Shown: positions 30,884 to 40,863 of the stretch, piece after piece | Layout of the letters: every line of letters begins with the position of its first letter | Numbering within the stretch: the stretch's first letter is position 1 | IMG/VR virus record: IMGVR_UViG_3300022848_000011 | Span: 21,363-85,362 of that record | Origin: a virus | Reading direction: 5' to 3' (one strand) | DNA length: 64,000 nt | The notes under the pieces: model-generated | The model's input: only the letters and a program-made list of their open reading frames with translations | What the model was told of the DNA's origin: nothing | Database searches by the model: none | Made by a program: the position numbers and the translations under genes

Positions 30884-32008
30884 TCAATGTTGGTGGAAAG
30901 GAACATCTGGGTGACCATGATCATGAACATAATCCATTCTTTGAAAATTACTGTAATCAAATACCAGATGTTTGTCATCTTGACTAATTTCCCAAGCTAA
31001 TTCAAGTGCATAGTTAGTAATTTTTTCCATGCCTTCATAATTAATTTTATCTGCCGTGTCACTAGGAGTGTGGTAGTGGGGGTGACCACCTGTATGTAAG
31101 AAAGCAACTGGAATACCCCTGTTGTAAAAAGGTGCATGATCGCTACCACCAGAACCTCGACTCGTTATTTTCTCAGCAAAATCATACTTTTGATTCAAAT
31201 TTTCTATTATTCTTTTCAAATCTAAAGATGATTCTCCTTCATTAAAACCAACACTAAACATACCCTTACCCAACCAACCCACCATATCCATATTAACCAT
31301 AGCAACATGGGATTTAATATCAGGATTATTCATTGGAAATAAAGGTTTAGAACAGTAATAACGAGAACCTAATAAACCCATTTCTTCAGCAGAATACGCT
31401 TGGAAAACAATGGTTCTATCTGGTTTTAATTGAGAAATACCTTTAGCAACTTCTAATAATACAGCAGTTCCACTTGCATTGTCATCAGCACCAGGATGAA
31501 TCTTATTACTTGTTCTTGATCTAGAATACTGTGGCCCGTAACCAATGTGATCCATGTGCGCCCCAACAATCACTACTTTATCAGGTGATTTACTGCCTTC
31601 TATCCAACCATAAATATTTTCTGTCCATAAATCACCCATTTCACGATTCGGACCAGGATTGACTCTTCGTATAGGAATTCTTTGCCTAATTGTTTTTAAA
31701 CCATAACTCTTAAATTTGTCTTCTATAAAACTAGCAGTAAGTTTATTCCCTGTTTTACCAGACATTCTTCCTTCAAATTCATCAGAAGCTAATTTATAAA
31801 CCACATCCTTTAGATTATCTAAAGAAATTTCCTCTAAAACATCTTGAACTGTCTTGTTTTGTGGCTTTTCTGCAATTGGAGCAGTTCTTTGTAGTAATGG
31901 AATTGTTTCATCGCTTGTTTTTTTTGATTTTGATACAAAAATAATAATCGAAAAAAACAATAAACTAAACATCATCAATATTATTTTGACTTTTTTGTCT
32001 TGACTCAT
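30884..32008 (-). CDS. Membrane-anchored M28 family aminopeptidase
   Basis: N-terminal TM; GAHMDH, GADDNASG, SAEEMGLLGS, NMDMVG, SDHAPF, YHTPSD. Confidence 0.93.
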   Translation of the reverse strand: MSQDKKVKIILMMFSLLFFSIIIFVSKSKKTSDETIPLLQRTAPIAEKPQNKTVQDVLEEISLDNLKDVVYKLASDEFEGRMSGKTGNKLTASFIEDKFKSYGLKTIRQRIPIRRVNPGPNREMGDLWTENIYGWIEGSKSPDKVVIVGAHMDHIGYGPQYSRSRTSNKIHPGADDNASGTAVLLEVAKGISQLKPDRTIVFQAYSAEEMGLLGSRYYCSKPLFPMNNPDIKSHVAMVNMDMVGWLGKGMFSVGFNEGESSLDLKRIIENLNQKYDFAEKITSRGSGGSDHAPFYNRGIPVAFLHTGGHPHYHTPSDTADKINYEGMEKITNYALELAWEISQDDKHLVFDYSNFQRMDYVHDHGHPDVPFHQH

Positions 32009-32225
32009 CTTGTTCCTCTTTTGGTTTTTCGGAGTTTGCTTTTTCTTTGAAGAAAAAACCTAAAATATAATTATTGAACAAAAAAGAAATACAAATTCCT
32101 CCAATTGTTCTTAGCAGCCACCAACCAAATGATGTTGCTGTGACTGGATCAACAAATTGTTTTTCAATTTTGTGATTTTCTTTATCTTCGTTAAATTCTT
32201 CATCACTCAAATTATTAATTTTCAT
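31965..32225 (-). CDS. Small membrane protein
   Basis: Central hydrophobic segment FGWWLLRTIGGICISFLF. Confidence 0.55.
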   Translation of the reverse strand: MKINNLSDEEFNEDKENHKIEKQFVDPVTATSFGWWLLRTIGGICISFLFNNYILGFFFKEKANSEKPKEEQDESRQKSQNNIDDV

Positions 32226-32280
32226 TTATTTTTTTTGCGTTTTTACCAAATTGTGTGCTAAATAATATAAAAGGTTAATT

Positions 32281-33222
32281 ATGTCAGAATATAAAATAAA
32301 CAAAAGTTTGCAATATCCTAATGTAGAATTTCAAGATTATTACAACAAGTTCGAAACGGTTGAAGATATGCTGGCTGGTTTGGAGTGGAATGATTTTTTC
32401 TCTCACTTTTACGAAATTAGCAGAGAAGAGCAAGAAATACTAATTGGTGAATCTCTCCAAGAACTTAACATGTTCAATGAGGCAAAACAATCTGAAGAAC
32501 TTTCAAAATGCGCAAATAGTTTCAAGTATTGGTGTCATCGCTATGTTGAAATTTATCATTACAAACATGGACAAATCCCATTTATTAACTACAAATACCA
32601 AGATCGTGTAATAGAAGGTTTCGAAAACAATAAATTTAATATAGTTTCAAAATTCAGACAAGCTGGATTGACTACACTTAGTTTGTTGAAAAGCATACAT
32701 AATTGTTTATTCAAAAATGATCAAAAAATCAATATAGTATCCAGAACAGATCGTGAAAGCATTGATGCAAGTTATATTACCCAACAAGTTATGGATAATT
32801 TGCCTAAATGGATGTATGACCCAAAACAAAATAATACTTCAAAATATGAGAAAAAATTCCATACCACAAATTCTCGCATTTATTTCAATACCCCACTATC
32901 TACAATTGGACAATCTAGTACTTGCTTAATCTTCAATGAAGCAGCTTTCATTGAAGATATGGAGAAACATTGGGAAGCTATGTATCCAATTATTGCTAAT
33001 GGCAGTAGTGTACAAGTTTTTTCAAGTGTTAATGGAATAAATAGTTGGTATAACAAAATATACAAAGAAGCTATTAAAGGTAATAATCAATTTAATCCAA
33101 TTGCAGTTGACTATTGGGAACATCCTACGTTTTCAAATCCTGAGTGGGTTGAAACAGTAAAATCGAACTATAGTAAAAAAATATGGAAACAAGAATTCAT
33201 GAGAAATTCTTGCGCATACTAA
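32281..33222 (+). CDS. Truncated terminase large subunit paralog (ATPase domain only)
   Basis: Collinear with the first ~330 aa of the next gene (FKYWCHRYV, SKFRQAGLTT, EAAFIE.M..HWEAMYP, SVNG, DYWEHP). Walker B reads FNEAAF. It stops before the nuclease domain. Confidence 0.85.
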   Translation: MSEYKINKSLQYPNVEFQDYYNKFETVEDMLAGLEWNDFFSHFYEISREEQEILIGESLQELNMFNEAKQSEELSKCANSFKYWCHRYVEIYHYKHGQIPFINYKYQDRVIEGFENNKFNIVSKFRQAGLTTLSLLKSIHNCLFKNDQKINIVSRTDRESIDASYITQQVMDNLPKWMYDPKQNNTSKYEKKFHTTNSRIYFNTPLSTIGQSSTCLIFNEAAFIEDMEKHWEAMYPIIANGSSVQVFSSVNGINSWYNKIYKEAIKGNNQFNPIAVDYWEHPTFSNPEWVETVKSNYSKKIWKQEFMRNSCAY

Positions 33223-33232
33223 TGAGTATACT

Positions 33233-35062
33233 ATGTCTAAACACAAAAGCAATGAAGGACCACCAAAAGATTTAAAATACCCCACTATAGCCTTTGAAGA
33301 TTATTATCATAAATTTGAATTTGTCAAAGATATAATTAAAGATCCTGAATGGGATAAAGTATTTTCTAATTTCTACAGATTTAGTGATGAGGAAATGGAT
33401 ATTCCATGTGGCGAAACTGTACATGATCTCAACGTTTTTGAACCAAAACAACAATACCAAGAAATAATAAAATGTACTAATAACTTTAAATATTGGTGTC
33501 ATCGTTACGTGAAGATCCTTCACGCAAAATATGGCACAATACCTTTTATTATGTACAATTATCAAGAACGTGCTATTGATAATTTTGAAAATCATAGATT
33601 TAATATGATTTCTAAATTTAGACAAGGTGGATTAACTACTATTGGCGCACTCTGGGGTTTGCACAAATGCTTGTTCAGAAATGATCAACAAATCTATATG
33701 CTTTCCAAAACAGATCGTGAAGCCGTCGCAGCAGGTGATATTGTCAAAAAAGCAATGGATAATTTTCCTGAGTGGATGTATGACAAAGAACAAGCAGAAA
33801 TATCAAAACACGAAAAGAAATTTAATGATACTGCATCTAAAATTTGTTTTTATACACCCGAAGCCGCTCGGGGCAAAACCGCCACCTGTCTAATGATTGA
33901 CGAAGCAGCTTTTATTGAAAAAATGGACGAACACTGGGAAGCTATGTATCCAGTGGTATCAACTGGTGGTAGTGTTCAAGTTATATCTACAGTTAATGGT
34001 GTAGGCAACTGGTATGAAGAAACTTATAGTGAAGCTCTAGAAGGTAATAATTTCTTCAATATTATTGAATTAGATTACTGGGAACACCCAACATATGCAA
34101 ACCCTGAATGGTCTAAGGTTGCAAAAGCAAATATGGGTGAAAGGAAGTGGAGACAAGAAGTCTTAAGAGATTTCTTAGATTCAGGAAATACCTATTTTAC
34201 TTCAAATGTTATTCAAACTATAGACTTATTTACTCAGAAAATCAAACCACACAGAACGCTATTTGAAAAATGGCAAAACCCTAATTATGATAAACTAAAG
34301 TGGGAACCAGGAGCATTACATATATGGCAAGAACCTATTGAAGGACATGAATATTTACTAGCTGGTGACTGCGCAGAAGGTATAGGAGAAAATGGAGATA
34401 ATTCCTGTTTTCAGCTTATTGATATTAATCGAGTAGAACAAGTAGCTGAATTTTACAGTAACAATGTACCTCCTCACATATTTGCCCAAATAATTAACCA
34501 AATAGCACTGTATTACAATACATGTAGTGTCGTTATTGAAAATAATACTATTGGTGGTGCTGTTATAAATGTTTTACAACATGAAGTAAATTACGAAAAC
34601 ATCTATCATGAACCATTATCTAACAGACAAAGCAAGCCTGGGATAAGAATGTCCCCGCAAAATAGAAAGTTGTATCTAGAATCATTAGCCAAAAGATTAA
34701 CAAACGGTAGTTTCGTAGTTTATAGTAGAAGGTTTCTTCATGAATTAAATACATTTGTTTTTGATAATCAAAAAAACAGAGCAGAAGCACGTAAAGGAAG
34801 ACACGATGATGCTATTATAGCAATGTCAATAGCTATCTATACAAGAGATGAAGCAATAAGAGGGATGCCTGTAGGTGGTGGTGTAAGCACTACTACAAAA
34901 GATGTTATTAGTAGTAGTGTTTTCGAAGAAATCAAAAAAGAAATATTAGAAGATGATTGGGAGGATGAAGACTATGATTTTGAATCATCTTTAGAAATAG
35001 ATATACTTAGACCAATGTATGGGCAACCTCATTCAAAAATTCTTGAAGAGTTCGGGTGGTAG
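33233..35062 (+). CDS. terL: Terminase large subunit (T4 gp17-like)
   Basis: YQE adenine motif, KFRQGGLTT, MIDEAAF, ISTVNG; RNase H-like nuclease AGDCAEG...HDDAI. Confidence 0.95.
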   Translation: MSKHKSNEGPPKDLKYPTIAFEDYYHKFEFVKDIIKDPEWDKVFSNFYRFSDEEMDIPCGETVHDLNVFEPKQQYQEIIKCTNNFKYWCHRYVKILHAKYGTIPFIMYNYQERAIDNFENHRFNMISKFRQGGLTTIGALWGLHKCLFRNDQQIYMLSKTDREAVAAGDIVKKAMDNFPEWMYDKEQAEISKHEKKFNDTASKICFYTPEAARGKTATCLMIDEAAFIEKMDEHWEAMYPVVSTGGSVQVISTVNGVGNWYEETYSEALEGNNFFNIIELDYWEHPTYANPEWSKVAKANMGERKWRQEVLRDFLDSGNTYFTSNVIQTIDLFTQKIKPHRTLFEKWQNPNYDKLKWEPGALHIWQEPIEGHEYLLAGDCAEGIGENGDNSCFQLIDINRVEQVAEFYSNNVPPHIFAQIINQIALYYNTCSVVIENNTIGGAVINVLQHEVNYENIYHEPLSNRQSKPGIRMSPQNRKLYLESLAKRLTNGSFVVYSRRFLHELNTFVFDNQKNRAEARKGRHDDAIIAMSIAIYTRDEAIRGMPVGGGVSTTTKDVISSSVFEEIKKEILEDDWEDEDYDFESSLEIDILRPMYGQPHSKILEEFGW

Positions 35063-35358
35063 GTAATATGAAAAAATATGAAACAATTTTAAAACTTCTC
35101 AATGAAGTTCAAAAACATACAAAAGATTATAAAGATAAAGAAATAAGAAAAACTGTATCTAAACTTATTGAAATCGTCGAGTCCAAAACTAAAATTAAAT
35201 CAAATTATGACAAAAAAATGACTCCATTAGAGAGTTGGAAACTTAATTTAGAAACAGGTAAATTACAGCATCCAATTAGTGATGAACTTGCACAAAACGC
35301 ATTAGATAATTTAGAAAATATGATCGAAATAGAACTAAAGAAAACTTCAAACAACTAA
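35056..35358 (+). CDS. Hypothetical protein
   Basis: Short ORF after TerL; likely start ATG 35068. Confidence 0.55.
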   Translation: MVGNMKKYETILKLLNEVQKHTKDYKDKEIRKTVSKLIEIVESKTKIKSNYDKKMTPLESWKLNLETGKLQHPISDELAQNALDNLENMIEIELKKTSNN

Positions 35359-35934
35359 TACATTATTTTTTTTACAAACATAAAGACAATTTTCATAACT
35401 ATTATTACAACTTTGAATTAAACTAGATTTAACATTAAATTCTACTGAATCTATTTCAATAGGATTTAAACTAACATTGGTATTAAACATATTGTTTATT
35501 GCTGAAGTAAACTCAGGTTTAGAAAATGACGACTCAGTCAATAAAATTTTATTAATTGATTTAACTGAAATTTCCTTAATCCTTTGTATTCTGCTTTGAT
35601 AATAATCAACAGCCCTTTGGGTCGCATAAGGTTCGGAAAAAGCATCTATGATTCTAGGCAAAGCTAAACTTGGTTTAGTAATGAAATTGATCATATATAC
35701 TATATCCAAAAGAGCTTTACACCTGATGCTGGAATTGTTTAGTATTATGTCACCATATATAGCAGCAGAGTTTTTACAAGTATGATGTGTACTAAACAAC
35801 CAATCTAAATCATCAGGATGTGTATATAATGAATGGGTTGTTTGTACAGAAAACAACTCATTTTGATTCAATTGATGAATTAATTCAGAAAATTTGCTTC
35901 CTATATGTGAATTAATAAAAGTTACTCTATTCAT
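35347..35934 (-). CDS. Hypothetical protein (weak sulfotransferase-fold resemblance)
   Basis: VTFINSHIGSKFSELIHQLNQN resembles a degenerate PAPS-binding loop. Confidence 0.4.
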   Translation of the reverse strand: MNRVTFINSHIGSKFSELIHQLNQNELFSVQTTHSLYTHPDDLDWLFSTHHTCKNSAAIYGDIILNNSSIRCKALLDIVYMINFITKPSLALPRIIDAFSEPYATQRAVDYYQSRIQRIKEISVKSINKILLTESSFSKPEFTSAINNMFNTNVSLNPIEIDSVEFNVKSSLIQSCNNSYENCLYVCKKNNVLVV

Positions 35935-35943
35935 AGTGATATT

Positions 35944-38499
35944 ATGGCTTGGTGGGATATTTATAAAACATGGAACTACAACCTTAGTAGAGATCCATTA
36001 AATCAACAATCAATAGAAGATCGTGCAATTGGAGGAGGATTAACCTCTCCCGGTGGTGTTCCTGATATTCGTGACCAAAATGTTGGAGGTATGACCGATA
36101 CAAACTTCCGACAATCTAATGATTTTATCGACCTTCAAACTGTAGAAGATAGATTATCTAGATATAAAGAATACGAAAGATTATTATCAGTTCCAGAAGT
36201 CGAAATGGCATTAACTGTCATTGCTGATGAAGCCTGTATTGCAGGCAACACTATGATATCAACACTGTTTGATGGATATAGAACCATAAGTTGGTTGGAA
36301 AAACGATGGCAACAAGATCAAAAACCGTTTTTAACCTATTGTTGGGACTTTGAAAAAGAAGACTATACTCTTGACTGGGCCTATAATCCAAGAAAAGTTA
36401 AAACAGAAGAAACTGTATGGGTTGCTCTTGATGATGGAAATCATTTTGTCACCACGCTTGACCATAGAATATTACTTAGTAATCAAGAATGGAGACATGC
36501 AGGTGATCTAAGAGAAAAAGATGAACTTATCCCTTTTTACAAAATGCCACCACATCCTGAATTAAATAACATTAAACACAATCAATTTTCTAGAATACGT
36601 ACAAATAAATATGGTTGGGTCAACGAAAGACAATTTGTTGATATATGGAAAGGTCAAGAACCAGATCAAAAAACATTAGAAACTCTTAGATATGGTAACT
36701 ATATCGCAAATGGATTCACTCGTGAACAAATCGCTCACATGTTCGAAAGAGATACAAGAAGCCATAATGAATGGGTTAAGGATATAGGATTTACACATAA
36801 AGAACTTAGATGGTTGGGGAAAAAAGAAAAAACCCGAAAAGTTATTGGCGTTTTTCCTCACAAAGTATTAGACGTATATGATCTATCAGTGAAAACACAC
36901 CAAAACTTCTGTACTGATGCAGTCGTTATGCACAATTGTCAAGAAGACGATGATGGTAATTTATTCAAAATATTATCAAAAAATGAGGAAGTGGTCAAGG
37001 AATTAGAAACGATTTGCTTTGGGAAAAGATATCTCAACCTGAATAGAAACCTAAGAGGGAAGATTAAACGACTTTGCCTAAAAGGCGATCTGTTTGTTGA
37101 ATTACTTTCTGCCCCAGAAATGCCGAAAAAAGGTGTTCTGAAACTAGCAGAATTACCACCAGAAGAAATGTTTAAAATTGTTACAAATAAAGATCGAGTT
37201 GTTGAATACCAACAATCAGGTAATGGACCCGATATTGATGTTTTGATGAAATCGACAGATGATGATATCGAATTACAAAAGAGTACTGCTATTAGATTTC
37301 ATCCAAAACAAATCATTCACTTCAAACTAGGTGACGAAAAATCATTCTTCTATCCATACGGTAAATCAATAGTAGAACCAGCTAGAAGTCCTGCTCATCA
37401 ATTAAGACTCATGGAAGATGCTGTAATGGTATATCGATTGGCTAGAAGCCCAGAAAGAAGAGTTTTTTATATTGATGTTCAACAATTACCTCCATTCAAA
37501 GCAGAAGCATTTGTTAGTAGATTTAAAGATCAATTCAAGAAAAAGAAAGTTGCTTTAGATAAAGGAAAAGGAGGAGCTTCTGCTGTCGAAGAAAGATGGC
37601 ATCCACCTGCTATTGATGAAGATATTTGGTTGCCAATTCGACCAGGATCAAATACTAGAATTGAAACATTACCTGGGGCTACGAATTTAGGTGAAATTGG
37701 AGACTTAGAATATTTCCAATCTAAATTATTTACAGCATTAAATTTTCCAAAAGATTATTTTAATACTGATGATATCTCCAAAACGAGAATTACCCTTTCT
37801 TCACAAGATGCTAGATTTGCAAGGATGATAGAAAGAATACAAGGAGATGTTGCTGATGGCATCCATCAATTATGCGAAACACATTTAGAAATGCGTGGAT
37901 TTCCATATGAAATGTACAGAGATATTAAAATAAAAATGACTCGTCCATCTCCTTATAAAGAAATAAGCGAAATGGAGGTAATTAATCATAGATTAAATAT
38001 TATAGCTCAATTAAAAGGTATGATGATTATGAGTGATTATGATCTATTAACAAGATATTGGAATGCTACAGAAACAGATGCTGAAGATATAATTGCTAGA
38101 GCTAAAGCTCAAAAAATGGAAGATATGAAATTTCAAATATTAGGGCAAAATCCAGCATTATTAGGAATGGGAATACCAGGACAAGAAGGTGATGAAAACG
38201 AAATGGGAACAGGTGCTGATGGGCCAAATCCAATGTTAGGACCTACACCTGATAAACAACCAGATGGTAACCAAGAAAATAAAGAATCTCCAGATGAACA
38301 AAATATTAATCCCGATAATCCCGAAAAAGATAATTTAAATAATCAAGATACAGACTCTCAACCTAATATGGATTCAAAAGTCGAACCTTTACCAATACCA
38401 TCTGATGAAGATCTTGAAAAATATAATCTAGAATTACAAGATTATGACAGATATCAAGATGCTGAAGATATTGATTTTGGTACCGAAGAAGGATTGTAA
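35944..38499 (+). CDS. Portal protein (T4 gp20-like) with intein
   Basis: YGKSIVEPA...QLRLMEDAVMVYRLARSPERRVFYIDV...IETLPGATNLGEIGDLEYF are gp20 signatures. Confidence 0.95.
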   Translation: MAWWDIYKTWNYNLSRDPLNQQSIEDRAIGGGLTSPGGVPDIRDQNVGGMTDTNFRQSNDFIDLQTVEDRLSRYKEYERLLSVPEVEMALTVIADEACIAGNTMISTLFDGYRTISWLEKRWQQDQKPFLTYCWDFEKEDYTLDWAYNPRKVKTEETVWVALDDGNHFVTTLDHRILLSNQEWRHAGDLREKDELIPFYKMPPHPELNNIKHNQFSRIRTNKYGWVNERQFVDIWKGQEPDQKTLETLRYGNYIANGFTREQIAHMFERDTRSHNEWVKDIGFTHKELRWLGKKEKTRKVIGVFPHKVLDVYDLSVKTHQNFCTDAVVMHNCQEDDDGNLFKILSKNEEVVKELETICFGKRYLNLNRNLRGKIKRLCLKGDLFVELLSAPEMPKKGVLKLAELPPEEMFKIVTNKDRVVEYQQSGNGPDIDVLMKSTDDDIELQKSTAIRFHPKQIIHFKLGDEKSFFYPYGKSIVEPARSPAHQLRLMEDAVMVYRLARSPERRVFYIDVQQLPPFKAEAFVSRFKDQFKKKKVALDKGKGGASAVEERWHPPAIDEDIWLPIRPGSNTRIETLPGATNLGEIGDLEYFQSKLFTALNFPKDYFNTDDISKTRITLSSQDARFARMIERIQGDVADGIHQLCETHLEMRGFPYEMYRDIKIKMTRPSPYKEISEMEVINHRLNIIAQLKGMMIMSDYDLLTRYWNATETDAEDIIARAKAQKMEDMKFQILGQNPALLGMGIPGQEGDENEMGTGADGPNPMLGPTPDKQPDGNQENKESPDEQNINPDNPEKDNLNNQDTDSQPNMDSKVEPLPIPSDEDLEKYNLELQDYDRYQDAEDIDFGTEEGL
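36235..36936 (+). mobile_element. 234-aa intein in the portal gene
   Basis: Block A CIAGNT, block B TTLDHRIL, block F VYDLSVKTHQNF, block G VMHN followed by extein Cys. Confidence 0.92.
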
Positions 38500-38525
38500 A
38501 TAATAATCTTCTAGAAAATTTAGTG

Positions 38526-38557
38526 AAAAGAGCAGTAAAATAGACTGCTCTTTTTTT
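38526..38557. terminator. Bidirectional terminator between convergent genes
   Basis: AAAAGAGCAGT-aaaatag-ACTGCTCTTTTTTT. Confidence 0.75.
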
Positions 38558-38561
38558 GTAA

Positions 38562-38819
38562 TTATTGCATAGAAGGATCTGATTCAACATCATTTGGATT
38601 CTGTAAAACTCTTTCTTCTTGATCCGTGGTTTCTTCGTCTTCTTCCGAAGAATTTTCTAATGCGTCTTTAATTTCATCATCTTTATCAGCAAGTGTTTGT
38701 AATAATTGCATCAATTCTGTTTTGTATTTTTCCTTGCATATATCTAAAGCTTTATCCATATTACCTTGGAAAAACTGCTCGTTTTCATATAATTTAACCC
38801 AATTTGTAAATTCTAACAT
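38562..38819 (-). CDS. Small acidic protein with capsid-targeting-like N-terminus
   Basis: Begins MLEFTNWVKLYENE; AAGGA RBS. Confidence 0.6.
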   Translation of the reverse strand: MLEFTNWVKLYENEQFFQGNMDKALDICKEKYKTELMQLLQTLADKDDEIKDALENSSEEDEETTDQEERVLQNPNDVESDPSMQ

Positions 38820-38998
38820 ATTATTTCCTTTTATGTGATTTTTAATAAATGAATGTATTTTATATATTAAAAAATAATATTTTTAAAATCTAGATGATAT
38901 ATAATATTAATTGTGGATTATTACTATTCCACTTAAACTTAGGTTTACCTATATTAAAAATAAAATAACACAAATTTGTAGTCAGGAGTTAAAAAGTC

Positions 38999-40849
38999 AT
39001 GCCAATAAAAAGAAGACTAATTGATTATAATGTGTTCGAAAATATTGAAAGAAATAGTCTTTCAAACTACAGAACCGAATTAGAAGCTGCTGCCCCAGTT
39101 GTTGCAAAAGCACTTGGATCAGCACAAGCTGAATTAAAGAGCTATGGAAATGAAACAGCATTATATGAAACCATTGAAGGTAATCATATTTATGCAACTT
39201 TCAATATTCAAGACGGTTATGTAAATTTCGAAAACATTGAAGAGTTGGTTTTGAATGAAGAAAGTGAAATTCAAAGTCGTAAAGAGATTGTCAAAGATCT
39301 TCTAGAAGCCTTATTGGCTAACAAACCAGAAGTTGCCGATCAAAAATTCAACGAATTCAATCATTTGCCAATTAGTAAAAGAACACTTGAAGAAGTTCGT
39401 AAACAGAGAGTTGTTCCTATTAGAAAAACAGTCAATGGCAAAACCAAAACTGTTGGTTATAAGAAAGCTAAGTGGGAAGTAAACCCTAAACACAAAGAAT
39501 CTTCTGCTCTTACCAACAAGAGAATGAAAAGCAAGAAGAAAAATAATAAAAAATTGACCGATGGTCAAAAGAAAATGCGGTCTTTGAAAAGAAAAGCTGC
39601 TGGGCATGGTATTAACGAATGGGTCAAGTTAATTGGAAATTTGAACAGCTACGTTGAATTTAGACTTATGACTCCAACCTTGAAAGAAACAAATGTCAAA
39701 CACGACGTTAAAGGTAATGTTGTAGGTTTAAGAATACCTACCAGACAAATCGTTAACGAAGCAAAATTACTTCAATTTGATTGGGATACAATTAATACTG
39801 ATTGCATTATCCTAAGAAAAAAAGCTAAGAAGTTGTCGGAAAATACCGAATTCTGTAATGCAGTTGCCAACCTCAAGAAACAAAATGCTCTATCCAATAA
39901 TGAAGAATTGATGGAATCTTTGGAAGCTATTGTTGTTCAATTCCCACAAGTAATCTATCTGACTGAATCAGAATTATCCGTAGTTATTAAAGAAAGTTTA
40001 GAGTTCGTTCAAGCTTCTAATTATGATGATAACTCTTGTGATTTTATGGCAGAAGGTATCTTGCGTACTGCGTATGACACTTATACTGATAAAGTAAATG
40101 ATATTTTAAAATTATCTGGAAGTCGCTTGTCGGAAGAAGCAGAAGATCCTTATTTAGATTTCTCGAAAACAGTTGCTGATTTTTATTCACACCTAGAAGA
40201 AGCATCCGAATTAGAAAAACAAGCTTTTGTTGATATCTACGAAGCACTTCGTGAAGTTTATCAAATGGCTTATGAAGATGAAAATGAAGTTGTTCAATAT
40301 GAAACAGCTACTCACTTAGATTTATTACTTCCAATTATCAGAAATGAATCAGTCGCTGATCTAGATGTAATGGAAGCTGCATCCGATTGGTTGAAAGAGT
40401 TGTTAGAAACTAACTTGGAAACCCAAGCTTGGAATGTTTCTAATAAACCTCACATGACTCTTAATGGAGATCACCCAGAATTAGCTAATAAAGCTAGAAA
40501 GTCATACTCGCCAGCTTCTGATTTCTCAGGAGATTGGGGTGATAATGCACCAGCTAGTGATGGAAGCAGCTACAGAGGAAGTGAAGCAGATGAAATGAGA
40601 TCTGGTTCATGGGGTAACTTGGGTGGAGATACTTATCCAGAATTAAGTAATCCATACGTTCCAAAACCTTTTGGTGATTATAAGATGAAAGGTGAAAAGT
40701 CTGTGGAAGACGATAATGATACCCTAGCTTATAAAGGTGGAAATGATACATGGCCTAGCTTGAAAAATACAGTATCTCCAAATGCAGAAACTCCACAAAG
40801 CTATAAAATGAATCATGGAAAAGAAGACGATTTAGTAGTTGACCAATAA
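38999..40849 (+). CDS. Putative prohead core/assembly protein
   Basis: Lies between portal and protease (T4 gp67/gp68 position), AGGAG RBS, many L/I-x-E sites. Confidence 0.6.
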   Translation: MPIKRRLIDYNVFENIERNSLSNYRTELEAAAPVVAKALGSAQAELKSYGNETALYETIEGNHIYATFNIQDGYVNFENIEELVLNEESEIQSRKEIVKDLLEALLANKPEVADQKFNEFNHLPISKRTLEEVRKQRVVPIRKTVNGKTKTVGYKKAKWEVNPKHKESSALTNKRMKSKKKNNKKLTDGQKKMRSLKRKAAGHGINEWVKLIGNLNSYVEFRLMTPTLKETNVKHDVKGNVVGLRIPTRQIVNEAKLLQFDWDTINTDCIILRKKAKKLSENTEFCNAVANLKKQNALSNNEELMESLEAIVVQFPQVIYLTESELSVVIKESLEFVQASNYDDNSCDFMAEGILRTAYDTYTDKVNDILKLSGSRLSEEAEDPYLDFSKTVADFYSHLEEASELEKQAFVDIYEALREVYQMAYEDENEVVQYETATHLDLLLPIIRNESVADLDVMEAASDWLKELLETNLETQAWNVSNKPHMTLNGDHPELANKARKSYSPASDFSGDWGDNAPASDGSSYRGSEADEMRSGSWGNLGGDTYPELSNPYVPKPFGDYKMKGEKSVEDDNDTLAYKGGNDTWPSLKNTVSPNAETPQSYKMNHGKEDDLVVDQ

Positions 40850-40863
40850 TAAAGGAAGGTATT

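Noticed and set aside
32281-35062. Terminase split by an intron or frameshift
   Set aside because: The two ORFs are paralogous over the same region rather than complementary halves, and the second is complete.
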